Shown: piece by piece, positions 24,605 to 34,228 of the stretch
Layout: each line of letters starts with the position of its first letter
Numbering within the stretch: the first letter of the stretch is position 1
Sequence record: NC_031107.2
Direction: 5' to 3' (one strand)
Length of the DNA: 64,000 nucleotides
Program-made: the position numbers and the translations under genes
Notes under the pieces: model-generated
The model's database searches: none
What the model was told of the DNA's origin: nothing
Seen by the model: only the letters and a program-made list of their open reading frames with translations

Positions 24605-26251
24605 ATGAAAATTGAGAAAATTCGTGACCGCCTGGTCGTCCGATTGGGCGATAGTGAGGTAGGATTCAACGGCTTTCGTGGCAGCCGTAAAGACCAGAAT
24701 GTTCCGGAGATTTACGACGCCAAGGGAGCGGTGATTCCCCGCGACCGGATTATGTTCATGGAAATTGAGCGGTATTGGTCAACCTTAACCGCCGATGAAA
24801 AAGCTGACCTGTTCAGTGCCTACGCTGAGCTGGAACTGCTGGCCAATGAACCGCCGGAAGTGGTACGCAAACATGCGCCTCGACTGGTGAACAAGATTTC
24901 TCGTTATCATAGTGCTGAACGCTTTAAGCAACTGTATCCACTCAGCTCGGTCTGGATTCCGGAAAACATGTCAATGACGTACGACGACATGTCAACCAAT
25001 TATCCCGAAGCCATGACGTATATCGTCTCGGACTATTACGAGTTGATTATTCTGGTGATGTTAATTAAACCGTTCATTCCGGTGTTCCTGACGCTTGGGG
25101 CTTTCCCAACCAGTAAAGGGGCGGCGGTGGAGATGAAACGTAAGAACGTCTATAACCTGACGTATTGCATGGATCTCCTGAACGATACCGATATCATGAA
25201 ACTGCCAGCGATTCCGAAATTGCGTGGCTTCCTGGATTGCGTGCTGGAAAAAGTGCAGCGTGACCAATCTAACAAAGGCATGATGTCGACCAGTCTGTCG
25301 GTACTGGCTACCGTCAGCGGCTATGGCACAGACATGACAGACGAGTATGTGATGGCGTTCGCTGTCATTCGTCTGTTGTCCATGCGCTTAATCGGGGCTG
25401 AACTGCCGAAAGGTACCATGGTTGAGAACAACATGGTGGCGGGTTTGTTCTTTAACGTGAAGCAGGAAATTGAAACGGGGTTCGCTTCTAAGATCTCGAA
25501 TCAGAACGTGCTGTTAAAGCAACATCCTGAAAACGTGGTGTTCAACGGTGAGCGTGGTAAGATAAACTCGACTGATTTGATTCAGGCGCGTACTACTGCC
25601 CCCATCAAAGAGTACGTGCGTACCGAGGTGTTCTTTAAAGATTACCGCCGGGCGCTCAAGAGCATCGACATTGCGGTGCCACCGGCTGATGTGAAGATAC
25701 TGATTGATTCCATTCAGTTGAACCACACCTCGCCGTTTTACGAACTGCACGAGTGGCTGATAGCAGCTGCCCTGCATCGGTTTGCCGATAGACGCACCTA
25801 TAAAGACATTGACGCCGAAGCGTTCATGTGCGGTATGGGGTTAGCGCAAGCGGTGTACCTGAACTACGGGATGCCTGAAATCGCACAGCTGCTTAGTTGT
25901 GAAATGATTCAGTCTGACCTCAGTACCGGGTATCCGATTGAACCTATCGACAATGAAATCAAAATAAAGACGGATAGATATTATCCTCAAGCATACCGTG
26001 GACAACGCAACACGAGCGAGACTTCCACGTTACGCGATTCCCTTAATCTTCTTCTGCGTGAACACGTTGGTCCGTTCTTCTTCCATCTCAGGGCAACACC
26101 AGAAGCGGCAATGCTGCTGAAGTGTGAAATGGATATCGAAGCATACGCACCGCACAAACGTATTCAGAACATGCTTGCAGAGTTCCTGTTAATTCAGGCT
26201 CGCAAGAAAGTAGAAGAAGTTGACTGGTTTAATGACAAAGCATCGGCTTGA
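24605..26251 (+). CDS. nvRNAP promoter-specificity (sigma-like) subunit, phiKZ gp68-like
   Basis: 548 aa, helical; position between the ChmC-like and PicA-like genes matches recalled synteny. Confidence 0.7.
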   Translation: MKIEKIRDRLVVRLGDSEVGFNGFRGSRKDQNVPEIYDAKGAVIPRDRIMFMEIERYWSTLTADEKADLFSAYAELELLANEPPEVVRKHAPRLVNKISRYHSAERFKQLYPLSSVWIPENMSMTYDDMSTNYPEAMTYIVSDYYELIILVMLIKPFIPVFLTLGAFPTSKGAAVEMKRKNVYNLTYCMDLLNDTDIMKLPAIPKLRGFLDCVLEKVQRDQSNKGMMSTSLSVLATVSGYGTDMTDEYVMAFAVIRLLSMRLIGAELPKGTMVENNMVAGLFFNVKQEIETGFASKISNQNVLLKQHPENVVFNGERGKINSTDLIQARTTAPIKEYVRTEVFFKDYRRALKSIDIAVPPADVKILIDSIQLNHTSPFYELHEWLIAAALHRFADRRTYKDIDAEAFMCGMGLAQAVYLNYGMPEIAQLLSCEMIQSDLSTGYPIEPIDNEIKIKTDRYYPQAYRGQRNTSETSTLRDSLNLLLREHVGPFFFHLRATPEAAMLLKCEMDIEAYAPHKRIQNMLAEFLLIQARKKVEEVDWFNDKASA

Positions 26252-26269
26252 CCTAAAGGAGTATTATAA

Positions 26270-28030
26270 ATGGCAATGAAATTACTGAAACTCGCAATGT
26301 ACCCGGTTTACGAAGTACCGGAGCAGATTCGTCGTCGTGTTGGCTTTAATGCCAGCACCGGTGCCCTGGATGACCTGGCTACTGCGGTAGCCATGGGTGG
26401 TACCAAAGCCACTGGCACCCTGCAATATCAGCAGGCGTTGTCACAAATCGTGGGCTTCGATGACGGCAAAGATGGATTCGAGCGTCCGTTCGTGAACGTC
26501 AGTGATGACGATGCGAACCCGATTCAGTTCCAGTTCGGGTCGAACGATACGGGCGTCTATAACTTCGTGGCAATCATTGTGGCGCAGCCGATTGCAGGCT
26601 CGAAGTCACAAGAGACCCAGTACGTGGTATCCGGCTATACTTCACAGGCAGAGAAATCCCTGTTCGGTAAACTGCCTGATGACATGGTGCTGTACATTAA
26701 CGACATCTACGGTCTGCAATGTACGTACGACGGTGATGGACTGGGTGGTCGTCGTATCAACCCGGACTCTTATCGTCTGGTCGATAACTACGTGCTGTCG
26801 AAGTCGCTGTCGCATGTGGGCTATAGCGAAAACAGTGTAGACATCATTTCTGTGGCGAAATCTGCAGACATGGTGAAACGTATTGAGCTGGCATCGAATG
26901 AAGATTTCGTGCCGGATGCCAATACGATGCTGTCGCCGAATGCGCAACATGCCCCACAACTGCTGACCGGTCAGTTAACCCGTCCGGAAGCGTTCGTCTC
27001 TGCCATCTCCAATGCGTACCTGTCAACCGCAGGTATCGATACAGAGCTGGGTCAGGTTGATAGCTTCTTCGCCGGTAACACCAGTATCGGGATTGACTCA
27101 GAGCTGACTAACCTTGGCGTGGTTCGTAACTTTAACAACTACGAGCTGATCAAAGCCATGCGTGCGGCGCTGACCAACGCTACCTCTGATATCAGCGGTG
27201 GTTGGAAAGCAACCAGTAAAGCCACCTTCCGTCTGGCCGATTTGCGTGCGTGCATCTCGAACCCGATGGACATGGATGTGTGGATTGGTGAATCGATCCG
27301 ACTGGCTGAGCAGCGTGGTCTGGGCCAAATCGAGCAGACCGATAACTGGATTGGACGTAATGACATGTCCACCCAGGGTTCACTCGTGGCGTACGACCTG
27401 GCAATGATGCTGGGTGCAACCATGACCCGTAACCTACTCGGCGAAGTGTCGTTCATGTTTGATAACCGTAATGCGGATATCCTGCAAGAACCGATTCTGA
27501 AAGTGTTCCCGCACAACGTGGGTTCACTGACCGATGGCCCACTGCCGGATGTCATGGCGCGTCGCTTCTTGAATGACCTGCGTGCAGTGATGATTCAGGT
27601 TACCAAGCACAACCGCATCCGTTGTAAGATGGTGGTGACCTGTCTGGTGGGTACGGTGTCCCGTATCGAAATCACCATCGACGGCGACCTGACCGAATGG
27701 TATACCTTCGCGTCGTTTATGCAGTTCCGTCTGCACAACGGCAACACAACCGATCTCACCTATGCAGGACGTCTGGCGAAAAATACCGCTGGCCTCCTTA
27801 AGCATGTGGAAGAAGGTTTCAACGAGTTCGAACGCAACAGCGGCATTACCCGCCTGAAATCCAATATCCCGACCGCAGCTTCTGGTCTCGGCACCGACCT
27901 TGGTGGCTTGAACCCGAATGCGGTACTGGGCGACACCCTTGGTGGGTTGAGTTCAGATAGCGGACTGGGTAGCCTGGGCGGCGGACTCGGTGGTGGGTTA
28001 GGCGGTGGTAACAATCGCGGCGGTCTCTAA
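26270..28030 (+). CDS. picA: PicA/Imp1-like nuclear import factor (phiKZ gp69-like) with LGG-rich tail
   Basis: Synteny directly after the gp68-like gene; 586 aa; AAAGGAG RBS. Confidence 0.65.
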   Translation: MAMKLLKLAMYPVYEVPEQIRRRVGFNASTGALDDLATAVAMGGTKATGTLQYQQALSQIVGFDDGKDGFERPFVNVSDDDANPIQFQFGSNDTGVYNFVAIIVAQPIAGSKSQETQYVVSGYTSQAEKSLFGKLPDDMVLYINDIYGLQCTYDGDGLGGRRINPDSYRLVDNYVLSKSLSHVGYSENSVDIISVAKSADMVKRIELASNEDFVPDANTMLSPNAQHAPQLLTGQLTRPEAFVSAISNAYLSTAGIDTELGQVDSFFAGNTSIGIDSELTNLGVVRNFNNYELIKAMRAALTNATSDISGGWKATSKATFRLADLRACISNPMDMDVWIGESIRLAEQRGLGQIEQTDNWIGRNDMSTQGSLVAYDLAMMLGATMTRNLLGEVSFMFDNRNADILQEPILKVFPHNVGSLTDGPLPDVMARRFLNDLRAVMIQVTKHNRIRCKMVVTCLVGTVSRIEITIDGDLTEWYTFASFMQFRLHNGNTTDLTYAGRLAKNTAGLLKHVEEGFNEFERNSGITRLKSNIPTAASGLGTDLGGLNPNAVLGDTLGGLSSDSGLGSLGGGLGGGLGGGNNRGGL

Positions 28031-28048
28031 TTTAAGGATTATGTTCCC

Positions 28049-29413
28049 ATGAAGATTATTGAATTTTATACCTCGTTCCTGAAATCGCAGGGTTACGGGT
28101 TCGATGGTGATTTGTTAACTGTTGACGGTGACCAGCCTGCTGAGTTCACCTACAACAAAGTGAAGCGCCGCCTGGCGCTTCCTACCCCTGCCATGATTAA
28201 GCAGGGTCTGGAGGATGCAGAGGGTCGTGAGTGTCACGCCTTCCATCCGCTGTGTGAATCGATTCTGTCGGGTGAATCCGGCACTATCCGTTTCCTGAAG
28301 AACAGCATCCGCACCAATCTGTTCCTGCGCAACTTCGAACTGATTGACGCGATTCTGGAAACTGCGGCCGCCGGTAAATCTGTGCGTCTGGCAGGGTACA
28401 AGAAGTTCATGAGCGACATCATCTGCGAAGGCATGAAAGAGCCGACCTTTGATGACCGTCTGGTGAAATCGTGGGAAACGGTGAAGGCGTACGTGTACAA
28501 CTTGTTGGAGAAAGACAAGAAGTATAAAGTGACGAACATCTTCATCAGCCCATCGATGGAAATTGACGGCGCGAAGTTCCACCGTGTGGCGAACTATAAG
28601 CACATGTTCGAAGAAGAGTCGCTGGACGGTACCGCAACCTATTTCGGTGCGAAGCTGCAGCGTAAGCAGGACAAGGTGATTATCCATCGCCTGCTGTCTA
28701 CACTCTTCGGCTGGTATCCAAGTGTGGTGGGGTCTAACGATTCCCGTCCGTACTTCGGTTGCCTGGCGCGTGGTTGGGCGCAGTATGTGGTCAACTACAA
28801 TCTGGTGGTAAAAGGACTGCGTGACCATACGCATCTGAAAACCCTGGACGATGAGTGGATTTCACAGCTCGACAACATGGAAGTGTACGACAACGTGATT
28901 CAGACGCTGCCGTATAACACCGGGCCGCGTTCTGATACGCCTGAAAAGGATACCAGTGCGCACGACTTCCGGTTAGATCGCCAACCTGCGGGACAACAGA
29001 TCCCGATGAAGAAAGCGTCGGATACGGCAAAAGCGCCAGAACTGGATGATGATGATCCGGTGGCCTTCTTCCGTAAACGTGCAGCAGTGACTAACGACCA
29101 GAACCCGCTGAAGAACCTCTCCCCTGCATTGCAACGCATGTACGAAGAGAAAGGTAACATTAACCTTGACAAGCCAGAAGTGGCGAAAGTGTCACTGGTT
29201 GATGCCTTTGGCGGTAAGAAGGAAGAGAAGTCACTGAGTCTGCTGGGTAATTCCGGTGGATTAGGGGGTGGTGGTCTGGGAAGTCTGGACGGTGGTTTAG
29301 GAGGAGGCTTAGGCGGCGGTATGGGTGGTGGTCTTGGCGGCAGCAGCGGTGGCTTAGGTTCACTGCTGGGCGGTAGCGGCGGATCATTCAGCTCAGCGTT
29401 CAGCCGGGCATAA
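28049..29413 (+). CDS. conserved core protein (phiKZ gp70-like) with LGG-rich tail
   Basis: Synteny; FHPLCESILSGESGTIRFLK motif; Gly/Leu/Ser C-tail. Confidence 0.65.
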   Translation: MKIIEFYTSFLKSQGYGFDGDLLTVDGDQPAEFTYNKVKRRLALPTPAMIKQGLEDAEGRECHAFHPLCESILSGESGTIRFLKNSIRTNLFLRNFELIDAILETAAAGKSVRLAGYKKFMSDIICEGMKEPTFDDRLVKSWETVKAYVYNLLEKDKKYKVTNIFISPSMEIDGAKFHRVANYKHMFEEESLDGTATYFGAKLQRKQDKVIIHRLLSTLFGWYPSVVGSNDSRPYFGCLARGWAQYVVNYNLVVKGLRDHTHLKTLDDEWISQLDNMEVYDNVIQTLPYNTGPRSDTPEKDTSAHDFRLDRQPAGQQIPMKKASDTAKAPELDDDDPVAFFRKRAAVTNDQNPLKNLSPALQRMYEEKGNINLDKPEVAKVSLVDAFGGKKEEKSLSLLGNSGGLGGGGLGSLDGGLGGGLGGGMGGGLGGSSGGLGSLLGGSGGSFSSAFSRA

Positions 29414-29450
29414 AAGAAGGAAGAAGGGACTGGGCGTCCCTTCTTTTTTT
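29411..29450. terminator. bidirectional terminator
   Basis: AAGAAGGGAC-TGGGC-GTCCCTTCTT flanked by A and T tracts between convergent genes. Confidence 0.75.
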
Positions 29451-29775
29451 AATCTTCGATAATGGTCGAGAGAATGTCATTGACGACACCGGCATCTGGA
29501 ACCAACAGTTCCGTGACCGCGGGTGTGAAGTTCATCGGGTCTTCCAACCCGTTGAGCAACATCATGGGGTATACGATTGAAGCGTCGTAATCCTTGAGAC
29601 GACAATAGGCATAGAAGTTGTGAATCTCCGGCCAGCTGTATCTCGGGTCAACAATCTCGGTTTTGGTCTTGGGGTGCTTACGCAGAAAGTCAGTGTAATC
29701 GTGTAACACTTTCCACGTTCTGGAATTGGGTGAAGGTATCACCTCGGATAGGGTAGCAAAGCTATCGAGCATCAC
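29449..29775 (-). CDS. small protein, possibly T4 gp53/LysM-like baseplate component
   Basis: AGGAGA RBS on the minus strand; YPMMLLNGLEDPMNF...LLVPD resembles the gp53-type ILxxNxxxxP...LxIP pattern. Confidence 0.6.
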   Translation of the reverse strand: MMLDSFATLSEVIPSPNSRTWKVLHDYTDFLRKHPKTKTEIVDPRYSWPEIHNFYAYCRLKDYDASIVYPMMLLNGLEDPMNFTPAVTELLVPDAGVVNDILSTIIED

Positions 29776-29798
29776 GCTTCTCCTAAAATAAAATAGAT

Positions 29799-29815
29799 AG
29801 ATATTATCCTACTGA
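29799..29815 (+). promoter_or_regulatory. putative early promoter
   Basis: AGATATTATCCTACTGA upstream of nvRNAP beta. Confidence 0.55.
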
Positions 29816-29840
29816 GGTAACCATAAGGAGCATTTAGCGA

Positions 29841-32081
29841 ATGAAGACACCAGTCGAACTCATGAGTAGTGTGGCTGACCGTGAACCCGGTATCCCAATG
29901 GTATCCGGTGCGCGTGCATCAATGGTCGGTGGACATATGAAGTCGAATGTCCCGATTGACCATCCACAACCGTCACCCCACTTTACGGGTGCGGATGTAA
30001 ACTACCATGACTTTGTCTTTAACGACATTGTTGAGGACAGTGGGACCACCTGCAGTTACATGACCAAAGATGGGCGTCAACGTCGTGCAACGTTTGCACG
30101 ATACGGTCGGCAGGGCGACTCTAAGGCATTGGAGTACGCTATCTTCTTTAAACGGGCTGAGCAAACGATACAGAAGAAAACGATGATTGACGTGTTGGAG
30201 GTAAACTTCTACACCAACCACGACAACATCTTCTCCTCAGAGAAACGCGAAACGAATAAGTTACGCTCACTCTTGAACGGGGAAACGGAACAGTTAGAAA
30301 AGGATGAAATCCTGACGACGTTCAACGCACTGAAAGACGGTGAGTTTGTCGACGGCGTCAGTTTGTCTACAGTCACGATGTCACACCCTGATATCATTGA
30401 AGATGCGTATACCATCTCCAAGACTGCGGCAGCGGCCATGCACGCGTTCGGTTTAAAGACCATCGAGTTCACCTTGCGTGACGATGAGTTCCTGCTGGAT
30501 GCGTATGGCTTTAACGATCTCAACGGGGTGCGGGTACCGCGCTATCTGCCAAACGTCGGCGAAGCAATTCGTGATGACGGTCTGGTGATTGCGGCCCGCC
30601 GGTTCGACAAGCTGTATGCGGCGATTGATACCACGCTGGGTGAGACGCAACACATCTCGCCACACATGGATCGTTGCGAATATGTCGATGCCGATCCCGA
30701 GCATTACAAAGCGTCGCTGGAAAACGACTACGAGAAGATGGAGAAGACCGGTTCTCGCGTGGTAGACATTCAGGTCTGGCGTGATGAAACCAGTTGTAGC
30801 CACGGTGTCAACAATATCAATTGTACCGAAGAGAACAAACGTGAACTGGATAAGTACGCGCTGGCGCTGAAAGAGTATTATCGTGCCATCGTTCGCTTCT
30901 ACTTCGCGATGTCCAAGGACAAGAGTATTGTCTGGTCACCGAAAGCCTGTGTGTTGCTGGACAAAGCATTTGCTTCGGAAACGTACGAAGTGTATGCCGA
31001 GTTCCGTGACGAAATCAAACAGGTTATCGACGAATCTATCCGTCGTGGTGAGTACGGTAAAGATGGCGTGTCACAGCAGATTATCTCCAAGCTGACTTCT
31101 CCAGTGCAGCGTGGTCTGCGTGACCCTATCAATACCTACACCATCAAAATCGTCGTAAGCTATCCGATCCCGGTTACGGTGTCGTCGAAAATCACTGACC
31201 GCTCCGGTACCAAAGGTATCGTTGGTCGTGTGTTGGATGATGAGGATATGCCGATTAATGAATTCGGTGAACGTGTCCATGTTATCCGCTCGATGAACGC
31301 CGTGGTACGTCGCTCGACCTATGCTGCATTGTTCCACATGTATTGGTCAGCGGCTTCTGAACAGTTGAAGATGCGTATGCAACCGATGCTGGATCAGAAT
31401 GATGTCGAAGGGGCCTGGAACGTGATGATGGATTATCTGGTGCGCTATAACCCGGACTGGGTAAACGCACTGAATGCCACGCACGACACGGTCGAACTGA
31501 AGCGTAAACTCTTTGCGGAGATTTACGACTTCACCATTCGCATCTGGCTGCCACATGAGCTGGATGACCTGCCGGTGGATATCTGCGAACGCTTAGGCGA
31601 GTTTAAGCCGAAGAAATCGAAACTCTTGATTACCAATTACGACGGTGAGAAAGAGTGGACGAAGAACGAGTTCTACGTGGGGTTAGTGGAAACGCTGCGC
31701 CTGGATAAAACCGGTCGTGAGTTCTCCAGTATCTCTTCCATGTACCTGAACTTCATGGGAACCATCGATGCCTCTAACCAAGGTCGTGGGTCGTTCCCAA
31801 TTAACCTCAAAGCTTTGAAGTGGGGTGGCCCGTCTGAGCACCGTCTGCTGGAAGGCTTTGGCCCAGGTAACTACGATGAAGCGCATAACCGCGCGAACGA
31901 TCCGGCAGTACATCGCCAGATTGTTACCGGGCTGTTTAATTCTCCAACGCCAACGAACCCTGGCTATCTGGTTGACCGTAAGAAGTTCCCGATGGGTGAT
32001 TCACAGGTCGACCGTATGATTCGTAACATCCATCGCGCCGAAGGGTTTGAGCTAATCCGTCCAGTACGGGAGGAGAAATAA
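29841..32081 (+). CDS. rpoB: non-virion RNA polymerase beta C-terminal subunit (phiKZ gp71-73-like)
   Basis: RASMVGGHMKSNVP (beta region H) and SKITDRSGTKG (equivalent to GDKxxGRHGNKG); uninterrupted. Confidence 0.85.
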   Translation: MKTPVELMSSVADREPGIPMVSGARASMVGGHMKSNVPIDHPQPSPHFTGADVNYHDFVFNDIVEDSGTTCSYMTKDGRQRRATFARYGRQGDSKALEYAIFFKRAEQTIQKKTMIDVLEVNFYTNHDNIFSSEKRETNKLRSLLNGETEQLEKDEILTTFNALKDGEFVDGVSLSTVTMSHPDIIEDAYTISKTAAAAMHAFGLKTIEFTLRDDEFLLDAYGFNDLNGVRVPRYLPNVGEAIRDDGLVIAARRFDKLYAAIDTTLGETQHISPHMDRCEYVDADPEHYKASLENDYEKMEKTGSRVVDIQVWRDETSCSHGVNNINCTEENKRELDKYALALKEYYRAIVRFYFAMSKDKSIVWSPKACVLLDKAFASETYEVYAEFRDEIKQVIDESIRRGEYGKDGVSQQIISKLTSPVQRGLRDPINTYTIKIVVSYPIPVTVSSKITDRSGTKGIVGRVLDDEDMPINEFGERVHVIRSMNAVVRRSTYAALFHMYWSAASEQLKMRMQPMLDQNDVEGAWNVMMDYLVRYNPDWVNALNATHDTVELKRKLFAEIYDFTIRIWLPHELDDLPVDICERLGEFKPKKSKLLITNYDGEKEWTKNEFYVGLVETLRLDKTGREFSSISSMYLNFMGTIDASNQGRGSFPINLKALKWGGPSEHRLLEGFGPGNYDEAHNRANDPAVHRQIVTGLFNSPTPTNPGYLVDRKKFPMGDSQVDRMIRNIHRAEGFELIRPVREEK

Positions 32082-34186
32082 TGCAAGGTCGTTCCGTCCA
32101 TGTTCATCAATTACGTGCCCTGAACTCGGATCAGGTCTGGAAGCTCCGTGGTCGTTATTACGTGGAGTTTGACGACGGTAAGAAACTGGAAATGTCATCT
32201 CGGCACATCAAGCTGAGTTGGCCTTACTGGGGTATCTCGCGGTTCTATCCGCAGGTACCAACCCCGTCAACCCTGGCCTACCGTCCGGGTGAGGTGGCAA
32301 CCGATGACCGACACATTGACTTCATGTCTGAGGCCAGTGTGTTGGCACGCAAAGCCGGTATCGATCTCGCCGACACGCGTTACATCCTGAGCCAACATGT
32401 GTACGCTGATGCGTTCAACATGACGGTGAAGAACCTGCTCGCCTATTGTACCACCATCGACTATGACACGATGATGGAAATCTACAACCACGACAACTTC
32501 AAGATTATCCGGGAATGGTCGAAAGTCTATCCGACCGGGTATGATGAAGAAGGCGTGGACATGGTGGAAGAAGCGTATAAGCTGATTGAGAAAATCTTCC
32601 AGGACCCAGCACTGAAATACAATCCGGTGGTGATGTCGGTACTTGACAAAACCATTAAGATGAACCAGGTGCTCCAGGCATTCGTGCGTGGTAAAACGTC
32701 CGAGATTGACTCACGCGTTTATTCCAACCAGGTGTGGGAAGGTTTCTTCACCGGGATGCACTCGGTAATCAGCCGCCTCAAAGAGTCCGGTGCAACTTCA
32801 CGTTCGCATCTGTATAACACAGATAAAATTGCCGAAGCAGAATACGCGTCACGTAAACTGCAGCTGGCGGCAAACGTGCTGATGTACTTCTCCTACGAAG
32901 ACTGTGGTACGCACCATGTGCACCACCACACCTTCCAGGATGTGAAACTCGATGAGAAAGCATTCAAGTCGATGAAGGGGATGCGTTACCGCTTTGATGG
33001 CGAAACGGGTCCGTGGCGTCGGTTTGAAGAAGACGAGTTTGACAAAGTTGTCGGCAAGCCCATAGTGTTCCGCAGTGCCATGACGTGTAAACGCATGGCC
33101 GACCAGGGCATCTGTGCGGTCTGTATGGGGGACTTGATTTACAATCTGTCCGAAGGCACATCACCGGGTCACCTGGCCTCTACCTCCATTTCGGAGAAGG
33201 GTACCCAGGGGATTCTGTCCACCAAACACCTGGACTTCTTGCGTTACCTGCTCAACCTCGTGTTGACGCCGCGCATGAAGGACTATATGGTCGAGTACAA
33301 GCACAATGCGGTCAAAGGCTTGTGCCTGCGTCCGAAGCCACAGTTTGGCGTGTGGGATGAATATGAGCTGGTTGTTTCCGACAAGGTGTATTCCGAGTTG
33401 AGCCAGATTGCGTATCATGAACACCTGGATGATATTGATGAAACGGCACTGCCTGAAATCACCGATCTCACGTTCTATCGTCGGGATGCGGATGGTCAGG
33501 TGTTGTCCGAAGAATCGGTGGATGTGCGCATGGGGGTTTGTGGGAACTTCTCTAAAGCCTTCTTGCATTTCTTCTTGAAGCATCGTGCTGACTTGCGCTT
33601 CCCAACCAAGAAAACGGTACACATTCCGTTGAAAGGCTGGTCGCAAAAGTTACCGGTGCTCATCTACACCAACCGTTCTGAATCGATGGCTGAGTTCGTG
33701 GCCGGACTGGAGACCAAACTCCGTTCTGTAGCGGCGGATAAGAACGATGAAGTCGTGGAGATTATCAACGCCAACACGACGATGAAGATGAACAAGAAGC
33801 AGGGCAGAGTGAAACCAATTACTCTGGTAGAAATGGGTGGTGCGACGGAGAAACAGTGTACTTATGCACTGTTCGACACGTTCAAATACATCCAACGTAA
33901 GCTGAACGGTATTCCGATGACGCATATTGCGATTATGCTCGCCATATCGCGTGTGGAATCTCCAACGAATTCGTTCCCGGCAGTCGGCTTCGATAGCGAA
34001 GATGCGACGACCGTCTCCGGTAAACGTTTTGTGGACCACAATACGCTCATTGCGATTCGTTCCGCTGGCCCGATGTTGTTGTTCGAAGGTCAGCAAAACA
34101 ACCTCGATAATGTCGGGTTCTATACAGACCATCAAGTTCCAGCCTCGCTGTATGACGGTGGGTTGGGTGCCGTGGTGGTGCATTAA
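32081..34186 (+). CDS. rpoC: non-virion RNA polymerase beta-prime C-terminal subunit (phiKZ gp74-like)
   Basis: Bridge helix AEAEYASRKL, EDCGT, Zn site C..C..C and trigger loop EKGTQGILSTKH. Confidence 0.85.
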   Translation: MQGRSVHVHQLRALNSDQVWKLRGRYYVEFDDGKKLEMSSRHIKLSWPYWGISRFYPQVPTPSTLAYRPGEVATDDRHIDFMSEASVLARKAGIDLADTRYILSQHVYADAFNMTVKNLLAYCTTIDYDTMMEIYNHDNFKIIREWSKVYPTGYDEEGVDMVEEAYKLIEKIFQDPALKYNPVVMSVLDKTIKMNQVLQAFVRGKTSEIDSRVYSNQVWEGFFTGMHSVISRLKESGATSRSHLYNTDKIAEAEYASRKLQLAANVLMYFSYEDCGTHHVHHHTFQDVKLDEKAFKSMKGMRYRFDGETGPWRRFEEDEFDKVVGKPIVFRSAMTCKRMADQGICAVCMGDLIYNLSEGTSPGHLASTSISEKGTQGILSTKHLDFLRYLLNLVLTPRMKDYMVEYKHNAVKGLCLRPKPQFGVWDEYELVVSDKVYSELSQIAYHEHLDDIDETALPEITDLTFYRRDADGQVLSEESVDVRMGVCGNFSKAFLHFFLKHRADLRFPTKKTVHIPLKGWSQKLPVLIYTNRSESMAEFVAGLETKLRSVAADKNDEVVEIINANTTMKMNKKQGRVKPITLVEMGGATEKQCTYALFDTFKYIQRKLNGIPMTHIAIMLAISRVESPTNSFPAVGFDSEDATTVSGKRFVDHNTLIAIRSAGPMLLFEGQQNNLDNVGFYTDHQVPASLYDGGLGAVVVH

Positions 34187-34188
34187 GT

Positions 34189-34215
34189 AGAGGGGCCATG
34201 TGCCCCTCTTTTTTT
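34189..34215 (+). terminator. intrinsic terminator
   Basis: AGAGGGGC/GCCCCTCT + T tract. Confidence 0.75.
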
Positions 34216-34228
34216 GTAGAGGGGTAGC

